A stretch of DNA of 64,000 bases from Mizuhopecten yessoensis (lineage: Eukaryota), in the NCBI RefSeq assembly GCF_002113885.1, contig NW_018405225.1, positions 659,029-723,028 on the forward strand, given 5' to 3'. The translations under genes and the position numbers were made by a program. Positions 25,258 to 39,620 of this stretch are shown piece after piece (the first letter of the stretch is position 1; each line of letters begins with the position of its first letter). The notes below the pieces were generated by a model, which saw only the letters and a list, made by a program, of their open reading frames with translations, made no database searches and had not been told where the DNA came from.

Positions 25258-25995
25258 CTCTTTCCGTTCCGTTGTCGTGTACAACAATATGTCATCCTGG
25301 TCCCCGTTGTCGTGTACAGACGACAAAATAAAGGGCCGTCTCATCCCCGTTGTCATGTATACACGACAAGAGACTTTGATGTAATCTGCCTGATGTTTAG
25401 TTGGTTATCGCACAAGACTCGCGAAAAAACAATTAATTGTTGCTATAATCAGAACACATCAGTTTGGAAGAAATATTTTTTTATTATGTGACTTAAGTTT
25501 TCGCATTTGCGGCAAGATGTTTGCGTTTGGTGCCTCAAATGTAAACAAGATGGCGGCAACATAATTTGATACGAACACTCGTAAATTCATCATCAGATAT
25601 TTGTCGAGACTTATGGAAGTAAATTTGAATATTCTAATATAAGTCTTGATGAAATCTACTTGTATTTAGAAAAAAACTCAACGACTTCACATTCGTAACC
25701 ATAATCAATCCCCATTGGAAACCTGCACTACATCGGAATCGTATCGTTTATTGCCAGACAAATGTCGATTTCTCAGTCAAAATCAGCTGCCAGTTAGTCA
25801 TTATGCTGAGAAAAATGAAGATGTGTTTGTCTATGAACCAGAATATGAAACAATAACAATATTTGTTCACGGTTACCTGTTTAATTCCTGCGACAGTTAC
25901 ACCTAGTATAAAAAGTACATAAATAATCCGCCATTTTGTTATATGCGCGGTAGTTCTGGTACGGAATACGGACCGGAGTTGCGGTACGGAAAGAG
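25258..25995. mobile_element. Non-autonomous piggyBac-like element, 738 bp
   Basis: TTAA at 25254-25257 and 25996-25999. TIRs CTCTTTCCGTTCCG / CGGTACGGAAAGAG match 13/14. Subterminal palindromes TTGTCGTGTAC..ACGACAA and a CpG-rich interior. Confidence 0.85.
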
Positions 25996-27954
25996 TTAAA
26001 AGAAAGAAGAAAGAACAGACATTTTATAGAGTCAATACTGTATATATATATTTGCATTCTGCTTTCAGCAGGGTGCATGGTAATATTTTTGGTATGGATA
26101 GAGTTCCTCCAGTAATAGGTTGTTTTTGGTATTTATGTGTTAAGATCTATAACTGGTGGTGTATTTTGTACCATCTATCACTCATAGACAATAGATTCAC
26201 TACACTAATGAGGCATAAACTCTGATGGTCATTACTTTATGTTCATTCGGTAACGTGAGATAAATGTTTGGAGGAATCTCATTATTCTATTTCAGCTGTA
26301 AGTAAAAGTTATCATCTTGGAAGATGGAAGGCTTAATTATAACAGAAAAAGCTTTGCATGGTAATTTTCTCAAAACCATTTCCTGAGATATATGTTCCAT
26401 CTTTAGAATGCTTCTGCTGTGTTTTTGATATTTAGATATAGGTAACAAGGTGCTATAGAGATATATATAATAATGGGATGCTGTATGGCTTCCTCAGGGT
26501 TGTCTGGTTCAGACCTGTTATCAGAACATAGGAGACAGTATAGTTTACTTGAAAGCATATAGCCACGAAAACTATAGATATTTGTGACTTACTCCTCGAC
26601 ATTAGGGAGAAATAGTGTTCAGTGTTGTTTGTTGGTCTATAGTATTGTACATTGTATTTACTGCTGTGTATATATGTCGTTTTTATAGTTCCCTATATAT
26701 TACTGATACCTGGGTAAGCCCACACCTCCTTTACCTATGATACATGCCTTCACCATTCTGGTTTTTACCATTAATTATTTCATTGTTGATAAGCAAACAG
26801 ACCTTTTGTGTGACTTCCATATTTTTCACTAAAAAACGACAACCATTTTGTGTGGTTACCACAATTAGCCCTGATAGAAAACACCATTTTGTACGTTACT
26901 TAATGAGAATATTCTTTTTACTTAAGTGAATAAAATGTAAGTGTTTTTTGGTTGTTCGGTTAAATGGAACAAAATATCTGGAAGTGATAGATCCATGCAA
27001 GAATTGATGTGATAAGGAATCTGTAGCTTCTATAGAATGATGCTAGTTAAAATTTCTTTATTTGGAGGAAAGGAGGCATGAAGATGAAAAAAAAGAGTTT
27101 CTGAACATTTTGCTTAAACATAGTGATCTTAAATGGTTTCCACGAAGATTAACAATCTATAGTTATTACTGGGTAAGATGGCAGCATGCATGAGAAAAGC
27201 CAAATAAAAATATTTTCCTTCTTTCTAAAACAGAATGGTGACCTTGATATTTAATTAGAGCAACAGTGATCAATGGTTTAATTTACAGCCCATTTTGTTA
27301 TTTATGGATTTACTGTTGGGAAAATAATTAACAAACATACATCTTCTGAACCCCCCTTGAAAAGGAAAAAACGTATGAAGACATTTATCATGTGTTTCGA
27401 ATTTTGTGTCGGAGAATTAAGGAAGCATTTAACTGGTACAAAACATGAGGGTTTGAATGGATTACCTTGTAATGCTGGTGATTAGATCAATGAAGGGCCC
27501 AGAAGTTATCTAACTGCGGTCTGGGTTGTCAAACTCATTCCATCGCTTAGGTCCTAATATAGATAACTCAGGTTCTACTGTAGTAAATAAATTAAGGCCT
27601 TGAAATTTTATTTTAATCACTTTCATTGGTGTAGAATTAAAATGTTCACCCCTATGATGTTAAATTGAAACATCCTGTCTTTGATCCTGGGTAGTCTGAT
27701 GGGAGTTGTAGGCAATATATTGGTTTTCTATTTAGGTGTTTTGTCGCTAACAGCACATATAGTTTCAATATCTAGGTGGTATCTTATATTACCGTCTTGA
27801 CATTGCAATCTTTGTGGAAAAAAACAAGCAATAAAATGTATGCATTTCATGTTTCCTTTTGATAAAACATAGAGGCCACATGTCACAAGAGAGAAATTAT
27901 GACGAGACATATAATGAGACAATGTTAAAATTACATAACAAAGGACAGGAAATG

Positions 27955-28322
27955 TTTAGGACCCCCTGTCAGAGATGCAGGTCCCCTATAGTGACCATAG
28001 TGATATGGTGATACACTGTGATATGTAGACAGGCAATAGGGGTTGTACAAATTTCTAAGGGCAAGGTCAAGGTCAAGGTCACTACCTAAAAATAGGCTGT
28101 GGGGAGGTATACAGTCTTTATCTCAGAATCCAGAAGACTGATCTTTATGAAATTTGACATGAAGATACACTGTGATATGTAGATATGCTATAGGGAAAAA
28201 GTGTATAAGGTGAAGGACAAGTTTAGTGTTAATGAAAAAAATATGCCATGGGGGTGGGGGGGGGGGGGGTTAAGGGGGGGAGACAGGCATATGGTGGGGC
28301 CCTTGCTGACCTGTCAGTGTAT
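27955..28322 (+). mobile_element. Degenerate Helentron-associated (HINE/pearl-like) non-autonomous element
   Basis: 5' TTTAGGACCCCCTG..CAGGTCCCCTAT, internal GGTCAAGGTCAAGGTCAC, a duplicated GATACACTGTGATATGTAGA (~153-bp spacing), and 3' GTGGGGCCCTTGCTGACCTGTCAGTGT. The family assignment is from architecture only. Confidence 0.55.
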
Positions 28323-29155
28323 TCGAGATTTTAAAAAGTTAGAGAAATTAAACAAGTCTACTCAACACAAAAAAGAAGATGGACAAGGTGATTCTGTGAT
28401 AAAGTTTCCCTTTCATACAAGCTATGTGAAGCCCTTCAGAGATATTTCTAATAAAGTCTATAATGTGTGTGATGTGTCCTCTTCTCCAAAAATGTCTGTT
28501 TTAACTGTACACAAAAACTGATTTTAAGTTGTAAGTTTGAGTGCCAGTGTAACAGTGAGGTAGCCGACAGAAAGGTTCTGATGTCAGAACAGCAAACCAA
28601 AGTGATTAAATCTGAGTGCAGCTTTTTCAGTAGGAAACATCACTGAGAGTTCCAGCACTGAAAACCCCAATAAACTCAGGGTATTTCAAAACGGAAAGCC
28701 AAACTGGTAAGTCACTATGATAACTACACAAACCCACCAAAAACAATGTGGAGAAGAAGGAGTACTGGAAATGTAGAAATAAAGGATCTTTGCTGTGACA
28801 TGATCACACCTAAGCTATGAACATTTCATTTTGATCTTGATAATGACGACATATATATTATATATATGTTGTTCATATACATTTTTATATCAGTGCTGGG
28901 ACAATTTTAATATTTGAAGTATTGTTCGTAACTTAATATATATATATGTAATGCTTATATTTATTTATAGAAATATCTTTAAGTTATATTTTTGATAAAA
29001 AAAACACAAAAAAATAATGTTCATATGAAATTGTAATATGAGTTGAAAAAGGTAAGGCAAATTATTTAAAATTAAAATTTATTTGTTGATCATTATTCAT
29101 TAGACAGTTCATCCATTACTCAATAGAGAGACCAATCCCATGAAGAGACCATCTA

Positions 29156-29954
29156 TCGTAAAAACCCATGTAATTTGCGCACCCATGTAATTTGTGCAGG
29201 TACTTTTTGAGGCTGAAAATCCCTAAAAAAGCTTCTACTCAAATATTTTGTGCACCAAAAAAGTTTGAAAAAAAAATATTCAAGTTCCGAAAATCAATCT
29301 CTGAAAATGAAAGACAAACCGCTTGGGATTCTTAGGATTTTTGTAATTTGTTTATTATAAGTAAGTTCATAAGTATTGTTTACAAGCACAATGATGTTAA
29401 AAGTAAGAAGAAACTGCTTAAAATGTGTATCTTGTTGTTTGTTTCCTTTGAAATATCTGATCACACATGACACACACGTGTGCGCATATCGGTATACATC
29501 AATTCATTTTAGCAATATTTTACATAAAACATTTACTTGCTTACAAAAACATATCAATCAATAAGTAATTCAATGTTTAGTAACCGCTGGTGCATATCTC
29601 CTGGTGAAGGACATAATTAGATACCTTTTATTGATCATAATTACGATCAGTGAAAAGGGCTCATTATGGCGGCCTGGGTATCGTCACTTCAAACCAGGTC
29701 ATGTCACAATTCAGTTTGGCGATATGATTTGGCCACACAATTTTTACCTACTGTAAAGTTATTAAAATCGGTCATCTGTAGTCATGACTGCTGGTTTGGC
29801 AACATTTATAGGTAAGTTAACCGGAGGGCATAACTTCACCCACATCGTCAAAAAAACTTGAAATTTCTTATACCTGTGTATTTTACGCACCTCCCCCCAC
29901 TTTGGGTATTAAATTTCTGGGGAAAAAGTGTGCAAATTACATGGGTTTTTACGG
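29156..29954. mobile_element. Non-autonomous Tc1/mariner-pogo-like element, 799 bp
   Basis: TA|(T)CGTAAAAACCCATGTAATTTGCGCAC ... GTGTGCAAATTACATGGGTTTTTACGG|TA. Same family as 40062-41376. Confidence 0.88.
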
Positions 29955-31189
29955 TATAACCACTATCAGTCTGTCTGTGTTTCGATCAGCATAAATTATG
30001 TCAGTAAGTCTACTTAGTTGAACAAAAGGACACCAGAAACTTTAGGGAAGTAATATTGGTAGGGAAGTAATATTGGTGTATCATGGGTCCTGTAAAGAGT
30101 CCACAATAAAAGACATGTAGGATTATAGCTTAACTTCTAATTTACAAATTACTATTCATGAGACACTTACTAAAGTAGGGAGGGGGCTTATTTGAAAATG
30201 TGGGGAGTAGGGGTTATTGGTGGTCAGATACAACACTTGTCTTTCACATGGTTTTATGTCTGAGTTTATATGGCAATTTAATACTAATCAACATTCTGCT
30301 GAAGTTTTAGATTTTTAGGTTTCATGGTCAGGAGATTTTATAGTGCTGTAGGGATGTTTCTACCTCCTTTCTACAGCGGCCTGTGCCATGTGCCTTTTGG
30401 AAATGATCACATAAAAAGGCATGCTTTTGGAGAAGATGAAGGGATTCAGCTTTGACTGTGGGGAAATACGGCAGATATCAGCCAGGAGTATAAGGGACCA
30501 TTTAACTTTTACCTTAAAAAGTCCCCGTGTTTCTTTTGATTCATCAGATATGGTTCTGTAATAGTGTCTTTACTTGTTAAATTACTTGATCAGGAAAATC
30601 ACAAAATAATAACCCAGTCCATGGCTGCATTCCATTTTATAACAGCCGACATAAATGAGATAGAAATATTTCTATTGTGACTGTTAGCTGGCTTTAACAG
30701 ATAATTTTACATATCTACCAAAGCTATAAATAATTTGTCTCTTGATAATGATGTGCTATGGTAGTGAGAACGTGACTTTGGGGAAGAACATGCTACAATC
30801 ATTATTGGCTCTGTCTTGTCAGGTTTTACATAGATCATCGTTCCTCCACTGCGAATTCCCCAACCTGTATAAAAAGCTCATACTTTGTTTTGGCATAAAA
30901 AAGAATGTGTCAGGCATCAGGCATATTAGAGCTAGCCACTGGAGACTTGAAAGGCTAGCTAGCCACTGGTGTGATGGCTGCACCCGATCTGTCTTACAGA
31001 TCTCTCTCAATACCATGTTTGATTCACCAGCTGTGCCGTCTCTGATAGTTGCGGTGCTTTGATAGAGGCTGCATCAGTTGCAGACCAGGGATTCTGTAAA
31101 GGTTCAAAGTTTCAATAGCACTAGTAAAGGCTGTAAGGAGATCCCAGGAGACCAAGCACTTGCATCAAGAGTTCTTAGATAAGGCTTGA

Positions 31190-31845
31190 TTACCGTAAAT
31201 ATCCTACATTGGAGTCAAATTTTGTTTTATATCCTTCCTTGCAACCACAGCAGATTTTGCTATGATAAATATCTGACTTTGGGATTAGAGTTGATTGTCA
31301 TAAATATTGAACCTTGGAATCCAATCAAGACTTGGTTACCGTAAATATCCTACATTTGGAGAAAAATGTATTACCATAAATGTTCAATCTTGGAATCTGA
31401 TAAAGACTTGGTGGTTTACCATTAATATCCTACATTGTACTTGATTAGATGTGATTACTGTAAACATCCTACACTATAATCAGAGCACACTTGATTACCA
31501 TAAATATCCTACATTGTACTTGATTAGAAGTGATTATTGTAAACATCCTACACTGTAATCAGAGCACACTTGCATGGTTACCATAAATATCCTACATTGT
31601 ACTTGATTAGACGTGATTACTTTAAACATCCTACACTATAATCAGAGCACACTTGATTACCATAAATATCCTACATTGTACTTGATTAGATGTGATTACT
31701 GTAAACATCCTACACTGTAATCAGAGCACACTTGATTACCATAAATATCCTACATTAGACGGTAAATAGTCAGTGTCAGAAACAGAGCAGACATATTACC
31801 ATAAATATATCCTTGATATATGGCTAGAACTTGATTACTGTAAAA
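31190..31845. repeat. ~40-bp monomer / ~79-bp dimer minisatellite (TTACCATAAATATCCTACATTGTACTTGATTAGA..)
   Basis: Four conserved dimers at ~31417-31757, flanked by diverged monomers. Confidence 0.88.
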
Positions 31846-34800
31846 TAAATATTAAATAAAACTGGAGTGCTGAGAAGGTCTTTTAAAGAACCTCTATTGT
31901 CTGCAGGAAGTCAGTAAATATGATTTGATTCCAATAATATATGTCTACAGATTTGTAACCGACTTGGTTTCCCTACAAAAAATCCTAAAAGAGCCACCAG
32001 ATTAGTCTGAAGCCCCCAACTGATCTCATAATCAGTAAAGGATGAAGATCGAAGGCAACCAGGAGGTCGCTGAAAGCTACCCGTGAGTCAAGTATTTAGT
32101 TAAGAGACATAGTTAAATAAAAAAATCTTAATTTATCAACATTTTTTGAGTGGTTTGATTACTGTAAACCTAACAATAAATCTCCTGTATTTATTATCGA
32201 ATGTTTATAACTGATGAATGTGACTGTAATTATTCTTCAGATAATCAGGGTTAGTTTCTTTGGTAATTTGCGAATGTTCATAAAAGTTGGCAAGATCCCA
32301 AGATGGGTCATTGTTCATTGCGAGTTGCTTTTGTAGTGTATTTTCCTAACAGTTTATAAATGGCATTTCGCAGTAGTCGATCAATGGATGTTAAATGTAA
32401 TGAGCACCAGGTCCAGAAACTTCGAAATGAAAGTCAGTTTTAAATATTTTATAACATTACATCGAGAGCACCAAGTGTAAATTAGCTAACAAAGCTAGGT
32501 GACAGTTTTTCTAATGACTTGGCTGTTTGTTTTGTTCAGTTCTGTGGAGTGTCCACAAAAATTAAAGCTGTGGGAAACTTATATATTATACACTTTATTT
32601 AAACTGACATACATCTGGTTCCCAGAAATCACTTCCAGCTCTCAGAGACACCAACCTCTTGCTCTTAAGTGAGCTTGACATGAATGTTACACATGAAGCA
32701 CCAAATTAACCCTGACTATTCACAGTATGGCTGCCATCCCAGGTTTGCAGAAAAAACTGTTATAGGTTAATTATATACATGCAGTTTATTGTCTAGAAAT
32801 GTGTATGTATCCTAGGTATCCATAGGGACACAAAGACAGAACACATCTGGAAAATACACCTTACAACATGGCATTATAATGACCTTGACATTTACCAGCT
32901 GGTTCACAGTAGAAACATCTGTTTGTGATGCAACCAACATGTCTTTGTGTGAAACAGCACCAGAACGTTTACTAGATAAAAGCGTTCTTAATAAGTTGAT
33001 ATGTTTGGCATTCTATCATTTTGGGGGAGCCATTGTGTATCTCTTTGAACACTGGTATGTGAAACCATGTCAACCTAAGTAAAAACATACATCATAGTGA
33101 TCTGAGAGAGCTGAAATTGGTATATATAACACTAACAAGAGATGGGGATTTCTGTACTGAAAAAGTATACCACAGGTTTTACACATGATTTGTGACTGCT
33201 ACTTTGTAGATGTTTATTTTACAACAAATAAGAAGAGAAAAGAATTAAGACTCGATGATATTATACATGTTGGTTACCCCTTACCAAAAACTATTACCAG
33301 AAATAGAGGAAAATTAATTATTCCAAACACCAGAAGAACCTTTTTTCTTTGTTATTGAAATACAGTTAAATATGTTTTCTATGCTTTAAACAGGGACTGA
33401 TCTGATATCATATATTCAATAAAACAAAATTTTGTTTTCAAAGTGTAACGGAACTCAATGACTGGCCATGGGTCATTCACCAGTGACCAGCTCAATTGGT
33501 AGAACGTCTTTAGTGTTTGGAAGGTCCAATCAGATTTGAATCCCGTCTGGCTCTGCATTTCTCTTCTGTTGTTGCAGTATCTCCCTTGAACTTTCATATT
33601 ATATATATTTGTAAATCCAAGTGTATATATATATCTTAATCATCTTTTCTTTCAGGGTGCAAAAATGTGTCGAAATTATCTCTATTGCGTTACAGCTTAA
33701 AGTTAGAATCTCAGTGAACTGTTGAATTACCATCAATCAGTGCAAGAGTGTGCATGACTCAGGTGGACTAATCACATTCGGAGACAGGCTTGTAATTTGG
33801 AAATCCTCTTCAGAGCCATTCATTTTTTGAAGTTCATAAATGTTTACATCAGCTGTCAAAATAATGTGACATGGTATTATTAAGTATAATCAATTCTCAC
33901 TTATTTTTGTTCTATGTGATTATTGGTACATTTCACATAGTAGAATTAAATTCACCCTTAAAATCACATAATCTAGTGAAAAAAACTCAAATAGATATTG
34001 TTTTAATCCAGAGAGAAAATCAAATTCTCAAATTCAATTAAAATCCAAAGAAGATAAAAATCCAAAGCCAAGCTGTGTTGAAACTGAATATGAAATGTTT
34101 AGAAAGATTAAGTATTTTATTTCATATTGTACTGTTGAAGTTGTTAACAATTTTTGCCATTCTGATTGCACTTTAGGTACCTGATATTATTCTTATCCCT
34201 ATAAAAGTTCATTACATTACTCCATAAAGTTTCCTGGTTATTTCACAAGAGAGGGCCATAGGCATGCGTAATGATACGGAATTGTAGCAAATAGGAAGTT
34301 TTAGACCCATTACATTAAATGATGACACGCCCCCCAACCCTCCTCCCCCTAATCATAGACACTATGTGCATGCAATATGCTTTGAAAAGTCATCAGCATC
34401 TACAATCAAGTTACATGACACTGTAATTAGAGAATGCCATCCAGACAAATCTGATACAGTTACGAGAACCTGGAGCTGCGGATCGTTACCTCATGTGAGA
34501 GAATCACAGACAACAGTTTAAATTTAAAATTGTTTTTCAATGTGAGGATGTAACATGCAACTCTAAATGTAGTTACCTGGAATCTTCCATGTAAAACAAA
34601 ATATAATTACTTGGTATCCTTCATGTGACTCAAAGTGTATGTTACTTAAAGTGTAATTGTCTGGTATTTTCCATGTGATTCAAAGTGTATGTACTTGATG
34701 TTTTCAATATAACTCAAATTACATTCACCTGGTATACCTGTTATATTCCATGTGACTTAAAGTTTATTTACCTGGTTTCTTCAGATGTGCCCAGTACCTG

Positions 34801-37142
34801 GCAACTTGAATGAATAAAGTATCATCAATTTGTGGCTTTTGCAATATAATTATATACAACTATACATACAGCAACATGTTTTGGTTAAAGTATTGAACTA
34901 AATATCACACTAGAGCAGACATGTATGACACACTTGAAGAATCAGACATGAATTTGTAGCTACCATGCTTCATTTGAAGCATCGGGCATCAAAGTTGTAG
35001 CTTCTTCCACCAGTTGAAGAATTATACACATTATGATTAAGGCCATCATTCTTTATTTGACAGTTCAGGGATAAAAATCGTAGTCTGATTCACTTAACAG
35101 CATCTGAGTAATTTCCCTGGAGAGAACTGATCCAATATGATATTTTAATCGAAAATAATAAAGTTATGATCTCTTGATTTCTCCTAACACAAACTGATGG
35201 AGTCTTGACATCAAAGCCAAAAAGCGGGGCTTATTGACAAATAACATTACATGCATATACATCAATGGCCATTTTATCCAGTCGTTTACTTTACAGAGAA
35301 AAAATTCTGATGGACCTTTTTCAGCTCTTGAAAATATAGTTGAACTGAAGAAAACAATCAAAGACATCCTATATTTGACAGATAGTGTTAATCTAGTATA
35401 CATGTAGTACATGGACATGTATCTTCTTAAAGCTATGAAAGAATATCCATCATCAAATTAAGATAACAAAATTGTAGTTCATCGTTACGCAATGCGTGAC
35501 TGATTTGCATTGACTGGTTACTGTGTATATTGACCAAGTAAATTGCTCAGGGTATAATAGTATGTTTGATGACAGTCCAAGTGATAAATTATCAAATTTC
35601 ATCAATGGTAGCCATTTTGTTGTCTATGGATAGTTTCAAAAGGCATTTATTTAAAAAGATTACTTTTAGTACTGTAGCATATTGAGGGTACCTTTTTAAT
35701 ATTTTGTGAAGTTAAATGTCTTAAACCAGAAAAAATACTACAATAAGTTAACCTTTCGAATATTTTTAAAAGTTATCTCCTAAAATGAAACTACAGATTT
35801 CGTAGTTTACAAATCAATATCTATGAATGCATGTATTACCTTTGGGAACAGTTTTTAAGAATGTGTTGTTCAAGTTAATAATTGTTATGTTAACTAGAGA
35901 AAACAGGTTGTCACTGCTACAGGCAACCTAATTAGATGGTTATTGTACGGCGCTGTTAAGCAGGTTTTATACTTTCAAATTAAGTATTGACATTTTACAA
36001 TATATAGGACATTGTATCACCACACCCTAGCTATGGTGCTCTCTGTTTAGTAGATAGTCTCTTCCAAGAGTTCGTTTACCAAAATATAATTAAAGCGCAA
36101 AGAAAAATCCTATTAAGCTACGATTCATCAGCTCTCAAGATGTGTAAAAACAAATTTAATCAAGGCGTTTTCTTGCGCCTTCAATGGATTTTAATTAGAG
36201 TATTTCATGAAAGTAAATTAAAGGTGGAATTTGATGTAAATTTCGATGTTCTAGTTTCCTGACAACTGCAACGTAATCAATTTCCACTGTCAATACACAA
36301 AATTTACTCCTAATTGTGTTGTTTTTTTGTCATTATGGTGTTTTGAGTCTGTGGTCTAAATCTCATTACTGATATGTTAAACAAGAGTTGACATTCACTT
36401 TCAATGAAAGTCAATATCCCTGTGGAATTATTTTGGACGTAATCAAGTCATTCTTTGAGTTCGGAAATGTACAGCTGATAAGTTTCTGTTCAAATTTGTT
36501 AAGATCCTTCAATTTGTGTTGTCTCTGTCTCAAGTACATTCCTACTCTACCAATCTCTGTCAAATTAATCTTGTGTTGGTTAAGTGCTGAATTAAGCACC
36601 TAACTCTCTTGTTTCAAAAGTTGTTTTGTAATTTATCTTGAACACTTCGAAATGACTTTTTTCTTTCTCAATCTATCTTGTTTGAGAATTACCTTCAGCA
36701 GTTGAAATATCTTTGAATATATTTAACTTTTAGGATGCTTGGAATGAATTTAGATTGTCAGAATGACGTAGCATCTCCTTAAAACAATTGTCTGTGCCAA
36801 TGACATGTACCTTTATACGTTATTCATTTTATAAATGTGGCCTTTTTTCAGCAGTCTTTGCACTTGACAGTTCTGGCTCCATCTGTCTCAAACCTATAGC
36901 TCAAAAATATTTCCACCTTTATGTACCTAACTTGGAAACTTCAGCTCAAACTTAACTCAAAATTGTTGTGAGACCTACATTTCAATTATAATTCGAAGTC
37001 AAGCTGCAAGGTTGTTACAATAAAAAGGAACATATGCGAGGTACCACTAGTCATTATCTCAGTGTTTATAGTAATAAGGTCAATATTCTGCAAAATTAAG
37101 ATTCTACAGTGTGTTAAAAAACCCAAGTGAAATTGGTACGTG

Positions 37143-37331
37143 TACTTGTGAGTTCTGTTGCTTCTAACTGTGTTTACTTGTGAGTTCAGTTGCTTCTAAC
37201 TGTGTTTACTTGTGAGTTCAGTTGCTTCTGTGTTTACTTGTGAGTTCAGTTGCTTCTAACTGTATTTACTTGTGAGTTCAGTTGCTTCTAACTGTGTTTA
37301 CTTGTGAGTTCTGTTGCTTCTAACTGTGTTT
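37143..37331. repeat. 32-bp minisatellite x ~6 (TACTTGTGAGTTCAGTTGCTTCTAACTGTGTT)
   Basis: Directly visible. One unit has a 4-bp deletion. Confidence 0.93.
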
Positions 37332-38758
37332 CGTGTTTAAGATTGAATAGAACTGGGAATTATCATATCATAAGGAGTTTCCCTAGTTTATGTTTGCTTT
37401 TCTTTATTTCTGTTGCAAAGAATAGAATAGAGTAAACAAAAATTGTGAAGAAAGATTTCCTTAACTTTTGCATTGCTTTCCAAAGAAAAAACTTGTGTTA
37501 CAGAATTTTCCTAAATCAAGAAACATTTGTGAAACTACACGAGCTCGGTTACTCATTTAGCTAAGATAGACAATCTGTAGAAGACTGGATTTACCCCATT
37601 GCTGCACTGATTTATATAAGCTACAAATATAAAGTTTGGGTTTGACTCGTAATGGAGAGTGACTTGAACATTTTGCAGATAAAGGGACATTCATTATTGC
37701 AGATTGGCGGCATTCCTGTGAGACCTGGAGAACGAAAATAGTAATTGCAGTTTCACTTGTTGGTGGTAAACTCAAGGAAATTTCAATGCAGAAAAAAAGG
37801 AATTATGAAAACTCCCTATTATAGTTCTGCACAGAGGGTGACACTGCTTTTATTTCTCTTTATAACAATTTGATGCTTTTCAAAAAACAAATTGGCAGCC
37901 AAAGTGTAAAATTTAATTAGAGCTCAGAACTCAGCGCAGTTGTTTTTAATTACTTTCTCTGTCAGTTAAATATTCCATGAAATTAAATTGGCCGTCTCTC
38001 TGAGTTTCCAAGGTTAGGCAGGGAAAAGTCCTGAGGCTCTCTGTGTTTTGAAATTTAATAATTTTGTCGTCATGGCAACGAAAGTTTCCGAATGTGATTT
38101 TTTGTTGTTTTTGTTTTATTCAGTTTTGTTTGGCAACTTGAAGCATTCCAGGGTTAATTCTGAATATGGTTTATAAAATGAAACCAACACTTTACGACGC
38201 CACTACATAACGGTATAGTTAAGATTAGCTGATTAATTCTCACAAAATGAACCATTTCCTAGTTCATTACAAAGCAGGTTAAAAAATCTCCATTATGTAA
38301 CTTCAATTTCATCCATTAATCATTTTGTTGATACTTAATTACTTGTAACAATATTTAAAGTGTTGGCAGTGATTATAAGGCAGAGTGGATGACACCTTAA
38401 AAGGTGATGAAAACAAAAGAGATGACTGAAAATTGAAAGCATAAAATGGAATAAGAGAACTCACTGAACAAAAATGGAGCAAAGCTGTTGTTTTAGCAGT
38501 CATATATATAGCTACCCTGATGTTTTATCATCAAAGAAATTTCAAAACCTGTTTTACCTCTGAACTTCCCATTGGAGGCTTTGTAAGAAGCTTGAAAATG
38601 TTGGGAATTTTTTTTTCACATTTTTTTCAAATTTGCTAAAAACAGAAATAAGAAAATAGGCCAGTTATTTCAATTTGAACATTTTTAAGTCATAAAGAGG
38701 GAAAAAGGCAGCAAACAAAATGGAATTAAACTACAGTTAACTGGGAAAAAGGTCACCT

Positions 38759-39122
38759 ATTAGGGTCTCACATCAGACTAGATAGTGTTGCCCTATGATA
38801 ATCATGGAGTCTTTCCATCCATCCATCTGTCTGTCGATCTATCTGTCAATAAACACTCCCCCCCCCTCCCGGTGTGTCATTGCATAAAAGGTATCAATAA
38901 TCCAAGATGGCCATCATGACTTCTGAATGGCTAAAACCTTGCAGGCAATAAGTTCTCTTCTGTTGGTCTGATTTTGTTCATGTTGCAAATGGTACTATAC
39001 ATATACTTGTCAGATTTAGGCATGTGTTTTATTACAAATGTTCTGAGATCCAAAATGATTGATGTGTCTCCAACTTACAATCAGACACAGTGGGGCTCTT
39101 GCTGTGCTGTCAGTGTTTAGTT
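38759..39122 (+). mobile_element. Degenerate HINE-like element
   Basis: 5' TTAGGGTCTCAC..GTGTTGCCCTAT fold-back, then a TCCA/TCTG microsatellite, internal CCAAGATGGC, and a 3' end GTGGGGCTCTTGCTGTGCTGTCAGTGT matching 28294-28320 at 24/27. Confidence 0.55.
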
Positions 39123-39489
39123 GACACACTGGGGCTCTTGCTGTGCTGTCAGTGTTTAGTTGACACACAGTGGGGCTCTTGCTGTGCTGTCAGTGTTTAG
39201 TTGACACACAGTGGGGCTCTTGCTGTGCTGTCAGTGTTTAGTTGACACACAGTGGGGCTCTTGCTGTGCTGTCAGTGTTTAGTTGACACACAGTGGGGCT
39301 CTTGCTGTGCTGTCAGTGTTTAGTTGACACACAGTGGGGCTCTTGCTGTGCTGTCAGTGTTTAGTTGACACACAGTGGGGCTCTTGCTGTGCTGTCAGTG
39401 TTTAGTTGACACACAGTGGGGCTCTTGCTGTGCTGTCAGTGTTTAGTTGACACACAGTGGGGCTCTTGCTGTGCTGTCAGTGTTTAGTT
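39084..39489. repeat. 41-bp x 10 tandem array (GACACACAGTGGGGCTCTTGCTGTGCTGTCAGTGTTTAGTT)
   Basis: Near-perfect units, each corresponding to the 3' end of the adjacent HINE-like element. Confidence 0.95.
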
Positions 39490-39620
39490 ACTTACTATAA
39501 ACTTGATAGTTCGTGTGGTCAGTTAAAGGCCAGGGGCATTCAGGTTTAGGTTGTAGAAAAACTTCAGGTATAAATATAGATAGATTATCACTTGTTGACA
39601 GATGTTCCTCATCATTCAGT

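Noticed and set aside
28600-28712. Strong donor CTG|GTAAGT at 28706
   Set aside because: The phase-0 frame has TAA at 28671 with no ATG after it, and no convincing acceptor.
31951-32082. Apparent exon (tctacag| ... CC|gtgagt) containing MKIEGNQEVAESY
   Set aside because: Stops occur in all frames read from the acceptor, and the ATG frame exits in phase 2, incompatible with the phase-0 acceptor at 55850.
36388-36900. Possible decayed coiled-coil pseudogene on the minus strand
   Set aside because: Only short ORFs and no motif I can identify.
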